From contig NC_068991.1 of the NCBI RefSeq assembly GCF_001194135.2, forward strand, positions 8,900,799-8,952,886: DNA of 52,088 nt, read 5' to 3'. Below are positions 23,681-37,153 of the stretch, one piece after another (position 1 is the first letter of the stretch; every line of letters starts with the position of its first letter). The position numbers were made by a program, and so were the translations under genes. Under the pieces are notes generated by a model that saw nothing but the letters and a program-made list of their open reading frames with translations, ran no database searches and was not told where the DNA came from. Origin of the DNA: Octopus bimaculoides (Eukaryota).

Positions 23681-26600
23681 TCAGGAAGTGTCTGAACTGC
23701 TAGATAACAAGTTTTTCTGTCCTGACGTAGTAGGGGTGGATGTCTGGGTAATCTCTCGCAAGAACGCCACAGTGCAGTTCCAGCCATGCTAAAAAAAAAA
23801 AAAAAAAAAAAGATTGAAATTACACAAGATATTCCTGGTGAGAATAACAGTCTGAGAATGGAATATACAAACTCACCTGATACAGGTAGATTGCGTCGGC
23901 TTCCTGCAGGCCAGTATCATTATTGGTAACATGGCCAGTGTAGATACCAATAGTACGGAACAAGTCGGTTTTCTGTAGGTTAGATATCAAACGTAAAACT
24001 AAATGTTATAAACTGTCTTCAAGTTTTGAAATTATATGTAAAACGTTATCGTACTATACAATTGTTACTGACGTAGCCGGGCACTACTCACATTACAGTA
24101 CCGGCTTGGGGCAACCCAAGTTAAGACTTAAGGTGGCCTCCCTTTAAATTATATCAAACCTGGCAAATTAATAATGTGGATTCTAATTATTTTGAAACCA
24201 GTTACCTGAAGATAAGTTCTTAGCCACTAGCGGAGCTAGAATGTGTCGCCCGGGGCGGCCTATCCATTTGCCTTTAACAATTTTGAATTACTTGGAAAAA
24301 TTAAAAAAAAAAAAAAAAGCTGCACCTACCGACACTGATTTGTTCTTTTCGTTCGATACACTATTAACCGCTCCCCAAAATGAAGACAAATTAGTCACTG
24401 CAAACGTTGGTGTTATCTTGCTGTAAGCGTAGAAATTCTGCCAGTGTCTTTTCTCGGCAATAGACAGAATAGTGCCAATTGACAGCTAAGAGATAATATA
24501 GAAAGATATATTAGCGCTCGGATTCCTCAAATATTCACGTTGTTTCAAACTAATCATCCGTTATCTCAGTTTCTAGATTTCGGTAATGCGATTTTCTTTT
24601 TCTCAAAGAAAACCTTGTACGATATGTGTTCGGCTGGATCTGGCAGTTTGTAAAAGTTTAAAAGGCTACGTTAAACTATCTTGCAGACAATTTAGCGGCA
24701 AAATAAATTCAAGCTTGATAACCTACCCGATCTTCACTGTTGGCATATCCTCGAAGCAATTCCAAACATTCTCTTTCGTCATTATCCACACCAAATAATA
24801 CCTGGAGCTCAGCCGAAGAGAAAACAGTCTAAGAAAAAGAAATGAAAGCTACGTAAATGTATTTGAAAAAATCCTTATGATTACAGACTGATCGTCTACG
24901 TATCTAAACAAACGGTATGGATTACATACGAAAATAATTTACTCACGCTATCGGTAAGTTCTTTTGCCAATCTAACAATAGATACTAAGTTGTCATCTTC
25001 CTGAAGCGTCTCCAAAATCTGAAAAGTTACACCATAACCAGTATTAAATACTAATAAGGTAAAAGCTATCGAGTCTAAAATACTTGTTTCAAATTTTGGC
25101 ACATGGCCAATAGCTTAGCGGGAGGGACTAAGTCGATTACATCAACCCCAGTGCTCAACTGGTACTTATTTAATTGAACACGAAAGGATGAAAAAGGAAA
25201 GTTGAACCCCAGTGGAATTTGAACTCAGAACGTAATGGCGGGCAAAATGCCAAGTATTTTGCTCAGCGTGCTAACTATTCTTCCAGCCCGCTGCCTTTTA
25301 TCAAAATTTAAGGATACCGACAGAGAAAAGAGTCAAATTCTTATTAAATTCACACCCTACTCCATTAAAGAGAAGCATGCATATCCAAGATACATTAAAA
25401 TGAAATGAATAATTATTTAAGCCTTTTATCATCGGCTAATTCATCAGGGTTGCACTGGGATAGGCAAAAACTTTAGCTCGAATTGAAAACCTAATTAAAA
25501 AGCGGGCGGTAGACACTCACAGTTCCTAGTTTTTCACTGGCTTCTGGAAAGCCCTCCAATTGTAGTCGCATCAGTTTCAGCCTTTCCTTGGCCTCTTTAC
25601 ATTTCCTTAGAATTTAAAAAAAAAAATCAGAAAAGTGCATTACACTAAATATTGCCACCAATGACCTTAAGATCAATCTAATACTGGTTTAGAACGTTAT
25701 TGAAAGACAGCGAGAAGAAAAATACTTACTTGCCAAGTTCGGTTGCTGGTGTAGAGATAACGCCATCGACTTGTTCAAGTCGCCGTTTCATTACATCGTA
25801 TGTATCATTGTTGTGGTAATCGTCAAACTGGAAAAAAGTTGCATCAAACAGTAAATTGACCGATGCTATTGAAACTTAAGTGTGGCTGCCTGGAGACTAT
25901 AGATACTTATGAAAAAGTATCAATCAAACATTTAAGGAGCAAATAGGATTTTAAAAAAACTTACAGTAGTAGATTTAATGAACGAAATACATTAAAATTA
26001 TCAAATATTTATGAAGAAAAAAAATCCCTTTACCGTCATAATGCCAAGGCTTGTGTGGTTAAATCCAAAGAAACATTCAATCTCCAAAGATCTCAAGTCA
26101 ATAGACGGTTGACATTTGTGAAGAAAGCGGTCATCAGGCTCCATCGATAGCCACCATCCTATAGAAGAATTTGAAAGGTCAGGAGAACTGCAACACCTAT
26201 TTTTAAAATTTTTTTATTATTATAAAGAAAACGTCGCTGCACATACCATCAAAGCAGTGAATTGGATAATTGCAGATAATCCCACCATCCATGTAGTAAT
26301 CTTCAGGGGATTCATCCAGACTTAATTTGAGGGGACGGTATATACCTATATAAAAAGAGGTCAAGTACGAATAATTTAGCCAATTGGTCTTAACTAAATA
26401 TTAGTCAGGTTACCATATTTCGTGAAATGAAAATTTTCTGTTAAACTTATGAACATAAAAAAAATCAACTAAGTTTCACTGAAGGAGTACGGGGGGAAAG
26501 CACATTTATAGTTAAATCAACGAGAAATTAAGTTGGAAGCTATGCAGAACTAGCTTAAATTGTAGAGAAAACAGAAGTAATCGCAAGTCAAAATAGTAAT

Positions 26601-27045
26601 TCAGACGTAAAAAAAAAAATTAAAAAAAAAAATTCAAAAATTTTAATTTTAAACCGGCGTTAGTGCGTTTACGACCCATAACTTAGCGATTCAATAAGAG
26701 AGACGAATAGAATCAGCACCGGGATAAATTCATTATACTAAAAATTGAAGACGGTGCCCTAGCACTACCACTGTCTGATGATCGAAACAAAGTAAAAGAA
26801 AAAAAAAATTACCCGGTATAGACATGGCTAAGGAAATTGCCCGTCGGACGACAAAGTCGGGAGTAGTTTTCGGGTGGAAATATTCCATCTTGTTCAGATT
26901 TAAATTCATGACCGGAATACACAGCTCGTTACCGGTTTCGTCGTATAACTGAAATAACGAAAATAAAATTAATCAGAATTAAAGGGTTCCATTTCAAACG
27001 GAAAAAAGATGTTCACAGCAGATACACCGCGGTAAGAGAGAGTAG

Positions 27046-27076
<31 letters not shown>

Positions 27077-28005
27077 TTCGTTTGATTAAAAACCATGAAC
27101 TCACCTGTTGAAAGGTAACGTCAGCGTCTTGAAACTTCTGTATCAAAATACGCCCTAACCAATCGAGAAACCTATAGCCGTCATTCCACCCAAAGTTATG
27201 AAGCACCTCTTCTTGGCGAACCTTGGGGGTATATTGAATATCTGAAATGGAAATCAGAAGGCTGGAAATTCGGTACAAAATATTCAGTCCTGGGTACATA
27301 GTTTATTCATAGCAATCAGAAAATTGATTTGTAGACTTCAGAGCCCGTTAGTTAGTCAGTCATCAAGAATGTCTAAATTTCGGACATCCCGAACAGTAAA
27401 ATTTCTAATCAACGGTTAAGGAGATTAACGGAATGTAATTCGTACACTGAAAAGGAAAGAAAAGAAAAAAAAAAAAGCTTACCGAACGAAAAACTTTGCA
27501 GGTGCATATCTAGTAGACACTGTACAGAATCTGGGGCAAAACCAGCAGCCAAGAGGCAAGCTACGATAGCACCACTACCCATTCCTGCGAATCGCTTAAT
27601 ATTAGAGAGAGCACCGACTTTTTCGAGGACCTGTTGGATTATGAAAGGAGGAAACTCAAGACGATACACGAAGAGATGGAACTACAAAATCTAATTTTTA
27701 TATTGGAAAATAACTTTAAAAATTAATTACAATAAAGGCTGAAAAGGCAATTAGACAGGTTCGAGACCAGCGAATTCGATAAACTTAGTAACAATTTTTT
27801 TTAGCAGAGAAATATCAAAGATGTTGGGGGAAAATACCTTCAAAGCTCCAGCATAAGCATAGCCTTTAACACCGCATCCCTCAAAGATAAGGTTTTGGAA
27901 CGAATAACGTTTACCCATTAGATCAGTTAGAGGCAGAAGCCCTGGGCTAGCTTCAGAGCCAATGTCACGTGGGCGTCTTGTGTTACACGACAGTGATCCT
28001 CCCAT
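23681..28005 (-). CDS. Patatin-like phospholipase-domain protein, paralog 3 (509 aa, 13 exons), convergent with paralog 2; catalytic Ser position is Gly
   Basis: Minus-strand exons 28005-27838, 27630-27483, 27241-27105, 26948-26813, 26345-26247, 26158-26034, 25827-25730, 25605-25521, 25018-24947, 24828-24727, 24485-24330, 23972-23877, 23788-23681 (1530 nt, open). Motifs: MGGSLSC; NLIFEGCGVKGYAYAGA; KRFAGMGSGA; YMDGGIICNYPIHCFDGWWLSM; RTIGIYTGHV. AATAAA (minus strand) at 23525-23520. Confidence 0.88.
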
Positions 28006-28045
28006 GCTGCTTGGTTTTTGTTTTTTTGCACATCATCTAACATGG

Positions 28046-28068
28046 TTTATATATAGGCCAATGCAGAT
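28046..28068 (-). promoter_or_regulatory. Candidate core promoter of paralog 3: variant octamer ATCTGCAT + TATA box
   Basis: Minus strand reads AAATCTGCATTGGCCTATATATAAA (28070-28046), about 40 bp upstream of the ATG at 28005. Confidence 0.45.
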
Positions 28069-28818
28069 TTGGAAAGGTACCATTCGAAAATAGTTTCGTC
28101 CATTTTTAATTAACTCGTACGAAATCTAATTCTATGAGTAGAAATTATAGTTACTAAGGCCTTGTGTTCAATCCCACTTAACAGCTATTTTAATTATTAT
28201 TTGTGTCTTACGGGCGGGGCAGAAGCAAATTTGTGTCCAATCAATGCTGGTATTCAGGCAGTGGATTACTAGATTCATTAAGACGTCGAACAAATGTCAT
28301 GCGATATTTAATTACGGTCGTTTACGTTCTACGTTCAAATCTCGCCGAGGTCAACTTTGCTTTTCATTCTTCTGTGGTTGAAAAATAAAATAAAATAAAA
28401 GTGAGATACTACGGGTTGACATAATTGACTATAACTGTATCCATTTTGGAGACAGGTATATGAAGTAAAAGACGCCCTGTGAAATTGATATATTATTAGT
28501 ACTTAATTTATCGATCATACAAATCGGCGAGCTTGCAGAATCGCTAGCACGCCGAGCAAAATGCTTAGCAGTATTTCGTCCGCTCATCCTTTTGAGATCG
28601 ATTAAATAAGTACCAGTTGAGTACAGGAGTTGATGCCAGAATTTGACACCAATTTATCGAGCATACAGATACGAAAGATAAATTCAACTTCCATCGAAGT
28701 TGAACTCAGCGGAAGGGGGGGGGGCAAGAGAATAAAATAGGTGAAACAGTAGAATTCGAGGAAACTAGTGGCGATTTGTGTCAGCAAATAATAACTACAA
28801 AAGGTTAGGAATAAACAT

Positions 28819-29252
28819 CAGTGTAGCTGGGGTAAGATAGGGGGAATCTGCCTCCAGCGACGCTTTTGGGTCTGCTGCATCAACCTGTGTGGGCTAAAAA
28901 AAAGTCCCGGGCGGCACGCACTGTAGCTATATCACTGGCAGAGGGGTAACCAGGCTCTAAAGTTAGCGGGAGCGAGCACATGAAAAATGGGTGCTGTGAC
29001 ATATACCAAACAATTTTTAACTCATTTGCCTTATATTACGCGAAATATTCCATTAGTTTTAATATACGTAATTGTATCCTAGATTCATTAATTTCATGTT
29101 TCAGTAACAATGTCGTTATGTATGAAATTTGCAACTTCTGATCTAGGAAACTAAAGAGTTTAAAAAGAAATTGTTGAAAAGGTGCCAATTTTGAAAAATG
29201 TGCTCGTAGGGAGCGGTCGCTTTCTTTGGTCCCCTATTTAGCTACGCCACTG
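28819..29252. mobile_element. Probable MITE with CAGTGGCGTAGCT-type termini
   Basis: Left CAGTGTAGCT (28819) and right AGCTACGCCACTG (ends 29252); no clear TSD. Confidence 0.4.
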
Positions 29253-29754
29253 ATCGCGAGAATTAAATTCTTTTGGAGTGAGAAAAGGTGGGAGAAATCT
29301 AACGTTTCAGGCAGAAACTTCTGTTGAGGTGTCCTGATCGTAAGTATTAGACTTTTACGCTTCCTCAGCAAATAATCTATTCCTCTTTGAGAACCTCTTT
29401 TTATCTATGAGAATATATAATTGCAACGAACTTATTACTTCAACGATTTTTGCTATACAGTCTCTTCGTTAAGATTTTTGTTATACAGCCCCTTCTTGTC
29501 AAAACAGCATTTAACGATTTTATTTATTCAACCTCTTCTTGCCAAGACAACCAAGAAACTCTTATTTCGATTCTCGATCTCGTAACTACATTACTCAATG
29601 TGGAGTTCGTTTCTTTCTCAAACTCCGACACTGATAATAGATTTTGTTGCTATTTTGTGATTCGTCCTGTTTCTTCTGATGAAGTCTATTACAAACTACC
29701 TTGGCAGAAAATGCCTTGTAAACAATTCCATACCTCCCTTACACGCACATACTA

Positions 29755-30125
29755 TTCTTTTAACTTGTTTCAGTCATTTGACTGCAATCATGCTGGAGCA
29801 CCGCATTGAAGGGTCTTAGTTGAGTAAATCGACCCAGACTTATTTTTTGGTCTCTTTTGCCGAAAAGATGTTATGGGGACATAAACACACCAACTCCAGT
29901 TGTCAAGTGGTGATGGGAGACAAGCACAGACACAAAAATACACACACACACACACATATATATATACGATGGGCTTCTTTCAGTTTCTGTCTACCAAATC
30001 CACTCACCAGGCTTTGATCAGTCTGAGGCTATAATAGAAGACACTTGCCCAAGGTATCAAGCAGTAGGACTGAACCTGGAACCATATGACTGGGAAGCAA
30101 GCTTCTTACCACACAGCCATGCCTA
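29755..30125 (-). mobile_element. SINE family B, complete copy
   Basis: Family B tail, CA-rich middle and head (CTTCTTACCACACAGCCATGC). Confidence 0.8.
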
Positions 30126-33100
30126 CGCTTATGTATAATAAAACAGAGAATGAGCAAGCAAAACGTGTGGTATCACTCGAGAGCATTTGATTTATAATTT
30201 AATATATATCTCCCCACTCAATGATGAAACACTTCCAGCCATCTTTGGTAGGCAGCNNNNNNNNNNNNNNNNNNNNNNNNNNNNNNNNNNNNNNNNNNNN
30301 NNNNNNNNNNNNNNNNNNNNNNNNNNNNNNNNNNNNNNNNNNNNNNNNNNNNNNNNNNNNNNNNNNNNNNNNNNNNNNNNNNNNNNNNNNNNNNNNNNNN
30401 NNNNNNNNNNNNNNNNNNNNNNNNNNNNNNNNNNNNNNNNNNNNNNNNNNNNNNNNNNNNNNNNNNNNNNNNNNNNNNNNNNNNNNNNNNNNNNNNNNNN
30501 NNNNNNNNNNNNNNNNNNNNNNNNGGACATTGCAAAACAAACACACATAAAAAATTAGAAATTTTATTGAAAATGTAGCATATTTGAATTTTGTAGTTTT
30601 GATTTACATATTTCTTTATTAAATATTAGAAAAAAAAAAAGACAACAGATGTTGAAATATAAAAAGCTATAAATATTAACCTGTATTGAAAGCTTAGAAG
30701 CTTTAACTTTGCAGTCAAGGTCAAGACAACTTCCACAAGCCAGCAGATAAAAAAAAATGATAAAATGAGCCCCCATTTTAGATGATGTAGCTAAAAATAG
30801 ATCAGAACTAACTGCAAAGAATTTGAGTCACTCCTAAAAAGAGTCACATAGGATCTTTTTACAATCGTTTCACATTATTTCCCAATCCTGACAACTGGGT
30901 CATTCAATTTATTTGTTTCTATCTTTTATTTATTTTTTGTCTGGTCTTTACACTACAAGATGATGTAAAGACTTGACTAAAATTAAATTTGTAGAATAGA
31001 AACATTCTTTGGAATATTAAGACTTTGGGCATTTGTTCATTATTAACCTGCACCTCGTGTTATTTTGTTTGCTGACCCTTTCATTGTGACAAAAAATAGT
31101 CACTTGAGGTTAATTTTGGAGAATTTGTTTGGAAACTGTGGATAGTGACCACAGAATAGACTTTTGAAGAAAATCCCTGTTGTCCCATTGACTAAGTGGT
31201 CCTGAAATGAGAGAACCAAGGTAAAATTGCAAGGATGGTAGGCATTTATGATGATATTGCAAATAAACATCCATCAGAAAGAATTCTTTAAGAAAATAAA
31301 TTAAAATTAGAAGAAATAATTGAGACATTGTTCCCATTTTGAAATGCAGGGTAAATAACAAAGAGCCAGATTTTGAGAGTGGTCAGCATTTCAACTGATT
31401 CTTCATTAAAATTGGCTGAAATGACACATTGAAGATTAAATGAGTCTGGCCAATTCCAGGCCATACATAATAAGTCCTCCAGAATTCTGTGTGTAGGTGG
31501 AGGAACAGACTGTAAATGTGATTTAAGGTTTGAGGTTAGCCAATAGGAAGAAGAATTATTAGTGATTCTTGTGAAGGTCCCTGCCCAAAACATCACATAT
31601 TTTTAGTTTATTTTAGTTTAAATATATTGTACCACCACTTCAGACTATCACTGGTTTCCAAGAACTGAAGACAGAGGGAGTGAAAGTTTTCTCATCTGTA
31701 ATTTCAATACATTGTTCTATAGCTGCGTTCATGCTACAGTAGAATTTGTTCTTCTCTACATCTCTGAACGCTGGTCTCTTACAGTGACCCAACAACGCTC
31801 ACTACATGGCATGTATACTTGATTTCTGCACAAGGCTTTTAACAGTTCTTAAGCTGACCATGTATCAAACGAGTCACTGTATCGATCCTTTACCACTTGT
31901 CAGCCAGACAATCAGAGATGGCTAAAATTTGCAGGACACTGTTTCTGTCAAACCTGTCACTGCACTTTTTTTCTATAACCCCATAGCCAGGCCAGCATGA
32001 TGTATGTTCATGAGCTTATGCAGAACAAAGGACTATGCACTGTCCCACAGCTGGTACATACAATGTCATCTTGTACAGCCCAGAGGGAAATTTGCTCAGA
32101 AGTTGGGGGGGGGGGTCAATGTCCAAGAGCGATGTGGCATACACTATGAAGAAGTGAAGCTACAGAATTCTCATGGCTTGTCTAAAACTAATTGATAAAG
32201 TGGTTATTGCAGTGAACATTCCTCTAAATGTATCATGGTATAAAGACACAGTCTTAAACACTCCCAGGTTTTAAAACTATCAAAAGGAAGTAAGGAGGAC
32301 AGAACTTGTAATGATATAAAAGCTCAGCGTTGAGTGGTTTTCTCGAAGGCAGCAGCAGTACCCAGTTTCAACATTTTTTTATATGCTTCAACAAATAAAA
32401 ATATACAAAATATAAATTTCAAATGAAAAACAAGTATTGCAAAATATTTGAAGTTCTGTTCAGGGATTTTGTACACTTCATAACCATTTGAAGATACCCT
32501 ACATACCCTGGATAAGGTTTAACTGTCTACTAAAGACTCTCTAAAGATGACTTGAATTCAACACTAGAAACTGACAAAAACACTTGATAGTTGTAAAGTG
32601 CTCCCACTGTCAACAAGCAGATTATACTTGTTTACAGCTGGGTATGTAAAGTTGATGTCTTTGTCCAGTCTGTGTGTGATTCCATAATTTGTTAGAGAGG
32701 CACAATTCATAAATTTTTTGTCAGGGAGGCAGAGGTGGTAGTGGGGAATGTCTTTAATGGAATTAAGTTTTGGACATGAATGTTATCGTGGTTTTAGGAT
32801 AGAACACTTTTTGGTGTTCTGTTACAACCTGCAGGGATATTGAACACTATACCTTTGTGTTGTAAGAGGCAACTAACTGGAGTAGACAATAGGAAATGTA
32901 TCTGACCATAAAAAAATATTGCCTCACAAAGGGAAAACCATGATGAGAGAAGATACTCATGGAGTTTTATGATGTCAATTCCACTTTAACAAAGAGAATT
33001 TGTCTTAAAATGAATGATGCTATCACTATTATTAGTCGCAATACCATCAAAACGTTTAGTATTTTCATTGACATCTAGGCAGCGAAGAAGAGCAAACAAA

Positions 33101-34309
33101 ATTCTAAACCTTCCAGTTGAAAGACTCTGAATATGGAGAACTGGAAACGGTGGAAAGCAGCATCTAATCCCAGAACAGTGTTGCCTTCAGTACAGATAAT
33201 GATGTCTTATACAGCCATAGAAGATTCACAGACAAATGTACAAGAATGAAACTGAAACTAGTCATTGTTTAGCCCTAGGTAGCTTTGATCAAGTAGATCT
33301 ATGATCAAAGACAAACTAGTTATGACCATCCATTCTTTTTATATGTTACTGTGGAATGAATTTTGTTTTTAAGAGACTGGGATGCAATATGAGGAAGATT
33401 TGCTTGCTATTTCTAGAGGGTCGAGTGACTGCCTAGCAGCTTCCTTATTGAAACTAGTTTTCTGACCAGGCATATAGGAGTTTACCACAGAATACTAGCT
33501 ATCTTTGTTGAGGCACAAGTCTGTGAATGAAGCACATGGTTGTCTTCTAATCACATGGCTGCAGAATCAGACACAAAACTTTATTTTTTTTTAAAGAAAC
33601 AAGCAGTGGAGGCTTGTAACATTTTGAGATAAAAATGAAGTCTTAGATCTACCAGAATAATTCTCCAGATTTCTGTAAGATTAAGTGAATGAGATATGAG
33701 ATGCCAGTCAACTTAAGGAAATTGGCTTAAAGGAAGAATAAAAGGAAGGAGAAGTTTAATATGCAAAATATTGATTTTTGGGTGCTGTATTAACACCATG
33801 GTACCATTTTACAGCTACGTGGACTGAGTTAGCAAATTTTGTTGTAACTATAGACGCTGTACAGTTGTAGGATATAAACCATTTAGTGTTTCAGTGGTAT
33901 TAGTCTGACATTTTACTGACTGAGCAATTGGTGGCTGCCCACCATTGGGGTAGCTTTGACCCTCTGACATCCAACTGGCACGGTTAGTAATGGGTCCTGC
34001 TTTAAAAGTGACCCTAGGTTAAACCACAGAAAGACATCTTCTAAATTTGATACATATTAATCAGCTGACTAGGTAACCAGAAAAAGAAAATAGATCTGGA
34101 TTAAAATTTTATATGTAAAATCAGCAGAAAAAGATCTAGATTTTGTGAGTGTCTGTGAATGATGGTGTGTGTGAAAGAGAGGGTGGGATGACTGGATAGG
34201 GTGACTGAAATAACTGTTGCAGACAGGTTACTAACTGGGGATAAAATATGGCCGGGAATGGAGCAAACGAAGATGGAATTAACTAAAATGGTTGCTTGTG
34301 GTATTGTTG

Positions 34310-34520
34310 TTGTTTAACCCAGGTCAGACCTGGTCAAGCAGATCTATGTTCACAGGTATTCCAAGAATGACCATAACACCTCTCTCTTTTCTTTTTCAGC
34401 AATAGAATACTCTGGACTACATTATCCAATGTGTCCTTTTTTTTCAGTAAGAGAGCAGTGTAGTTTGGAGGGAGACTTAGCTGCTGTTTCTAGCAGATCA
34501 AGCAACCATGTAGAGGCCAC
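34310..34520 (+). repeat. Dispersed repeat (TTGTTTAACCCAGGTCAG...CTATG.TCA...ATGACCAT family)
   Basis: Similar blocks at about 33265-33450 (+) and a head at about 50340-50374 (+). Confidence 0.5.
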
Positions 34521-34841
34521 ATTGTTGGGTCATAAGTCCAGAATATAAGACACAGTAGGTTAACAGGAATAGGGGATGAGGTAAAATATGGTGAATCAAT
34601 GAATGGGGGCAGTTGTAGGAGGGATGGTCGCTATGGAGATTAGGTCATTGGATCTAGATTAAAATTTGTCAAGTAAAACATGGATACTTTGTGGCAGATA
34701 TAGCATGTACATACACAGCAGGCATATCAGACATGCACATACTCATATCTATGTGTGTGTGTATATATATATATACACACATATTTTATATCATACATAC
34801 ATATATATATATATATATACGTACATACATTTATATTTTAT

Positions 34842-34884
<43 letters not shown>

Positions 34885-34910
34885 CTATACATATATATTA
34901 TGCAAATATA

Positions 34911-36188
34911 CAAGGGAGTGCTGAAAAGTTCCTGGCTTTAAAAGTACCACGAAAGGGTAGGGCTGTTACCTTTACAAGGGAGGTAGGCCAACTATTTTGG
35001 AGAAAATATGTAAAAAATCATGATGGTATACAATATATCATTCCCTTTTTTGCAGATTTAACACAAGGTGGCAGTTCCTACAGTAGATTTTGGAAAATTG
35101 AAGCACAGGTGGTCATGAAGTTTCTCTTTTTGAAAGACAAAGGAATGGCAGAAATCCATGGTGAGATGAAAAAAGACTTGAAGGATGGCTGCCCATCTTA
35201 CTGCAAAGTGAAAATTTGGGTGTCAAGGTTTTGGACCGGTCATTTCAAGGTCACAGATGAACCCCAGTCAGAATGGCCAACTTTTACAACTGCCAACACT
35301 GTACATGTCATGATTCTCGAGGACTGCTGGATTTCAGCGGAAGTTATAGCTGAGACTCTGGGGATTTTCTGCGAAAGAGTTAGGCACATCATCCACAACA
35401 TTCAAGACATGAGAAAGCTTTCCACAAAACGGATGCTGAAATGCCTGGATGCAGATCGGAAGCACATCAGAGTGACAACTACATAAGTGATTTGGGACCG
35501 GTTTGCAGCAGGAGAGGCTGATTTTAGGGCTCGTTTAGTCAGCATGGATGAAACTTGGTTTCATCATTATGATCCACAGACCAAGCAGCAACCAATGGAG
35601 TGGCACCACAGCAGTACACCACGTCCTAAGAAGTTTCGGACCCAGAAGCCAGTTGGAAGAATTCTGGCTTCAGAGTTCCAGGACAAAGATGGAGTACTTC
35701 TTATAAAATATCTGCCAAAGAGTCACACCATCTACACAGAATACTACAGGTCTCTGTTGGATGAACTGCGTGAAGCTTTGAAACAGAAACATCATGGAAA
35801 GCTGAGCAGTGGTGTCCTGTCTTTGCAGGACAATGCACCAGCACACACAACACATGAACTCTATGGAAAATATGTGACTTTGGCTTCGAATTGGTAGACC
35901 ACCTATCTTGCTCACCTGACCTGCCTCCCTCTGATTATCATCTCTTTCCGCAACTGAAGAAACATCTCAAGAGAATGAAATTTCACTCTTATTCTGAAGA
36001 GGTCACTACTAGAGAGGCCTGGTTGGAGACTCAAACTTCAAACTTCTTTTATAGGGCTTAGAAAAAGTGAAGAACCGCTGCAATAAGTGTGTGAATCTGA
36101 GAGGGGAATATGTTGAATAAAATCATAATTAACTGATCCTCCTGTATTTTCTTTTACCCAAAGCCCCGAACTTTTCAGAACTCCTTTG
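34911..36188 (+). mobile_element. Full-length decayed mariner element (irritans/Himar1-like), 1278 bp
   Basis: 29-bp TIRs CAAGGGAGTGCTGAAAAGTTCCTGGCTTT (34911-34939) and its inverse at 36160-36188 (25/29 match); TA on the left, TG on the right. Transposase motifs ERVRHIIH..DMRKL, MDETWFHHYDPQTKQQ, QDNAPAH and SPDLPPSDYHLF. In-frame stop at 35484-35486 and later frameshifts. Confidence 0.9.
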
Positions 36189-36189
36189 T

Positions 36190-36208
36190 GTGTGTATGTG
36201 TATGTGTA

Positions 36209-36258
<50 letters not shown>

Positions 36259-36333
36259 ACATATTATACATATATTATGTAAATATATCTCTCATATCAT
36301 ACATATACATAATATTATACACACACACACACA

Positions 36334-36423
<90 letters not shown>

Positions 36424-36425
36424 TT
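36190..36425. repeat. (TG)n/(TA)n microsatellite array; comparable arrays at 1-80 and 34750-34910
   Basis: Direct reading of dinucleotide runs. Confidence 0.9.
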
Positions 36426-37153
36426 TCTACACATGCACGCATGCAAAAGTATCACATAAATAAAACAAGTAAAGTTTGAGAGAAAGAGGAAACAAACAAA
36501 CAAAAAGTATCATGCATAGTGAGACAGATGAAAGCATGTACCTGAAAAGCGTTGAAATATAAAGTGAGAAAAATAACAAACCAAGAAGTGTACAATGAAG
36601 ATTAATATGCCAAAGGAAAAAAGAGAAGAGTAAAAAACTATGATACCAAAAAAGACATTTGTTTACATGGCTGGTTCCACTGTAAACCTGCCAAGTCAAC
36701 AGACATCTGTTTTTGGTATCATACATATTTTTATCTTTCTCCTACCTCTTGAATTTTTTTTCTGCTCTTTGATAAAGGCCATCACCCAAAGCATCAAATT
36801 CTCTTCTGTTTCTACCTTTTGTATACTAAGTTTCATTACACACATCTTAGTATGTTGTTTTTTTTTGTTTTTAGCTTTATATTTCTACACTTTTCAGGCA
36901 CATGCTTTCACTACATGTGGTACTTTTTGTTTGCTTGTTTCTTCTTAGCCTCAAATTTTAACTTGTGTTATTTTCTTAACTATTTTTATTATAATGCCTA
37001 TATAAAATTATTCTCCACTACTTTGTACATTTACCGTAACAATTCTACAGACAGACAGACACACATATAAACAATTTGGGTCAAGATGGAAAAGATGGGC
37101 GCAATCAAGATAGAACTGGAAGCGCATTGTGACCAGCAGTGTATAACATCTGA

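Noticed and set aside
31050-33250. Possible very old DNA-transposon coding relic (WDNRDF-like motif on the minus strand, Cys-containing patches)
   Set aside because: Too many stops and frameshifts to assign by eye; needs TBLASTN against Repbase/Dfam.
34666-34941. YI/IY/CV-rich ORFs (also 36188-36463 and 46283-46489)
   Set aside because: Translations of TA/TG/GAT microsatellites.
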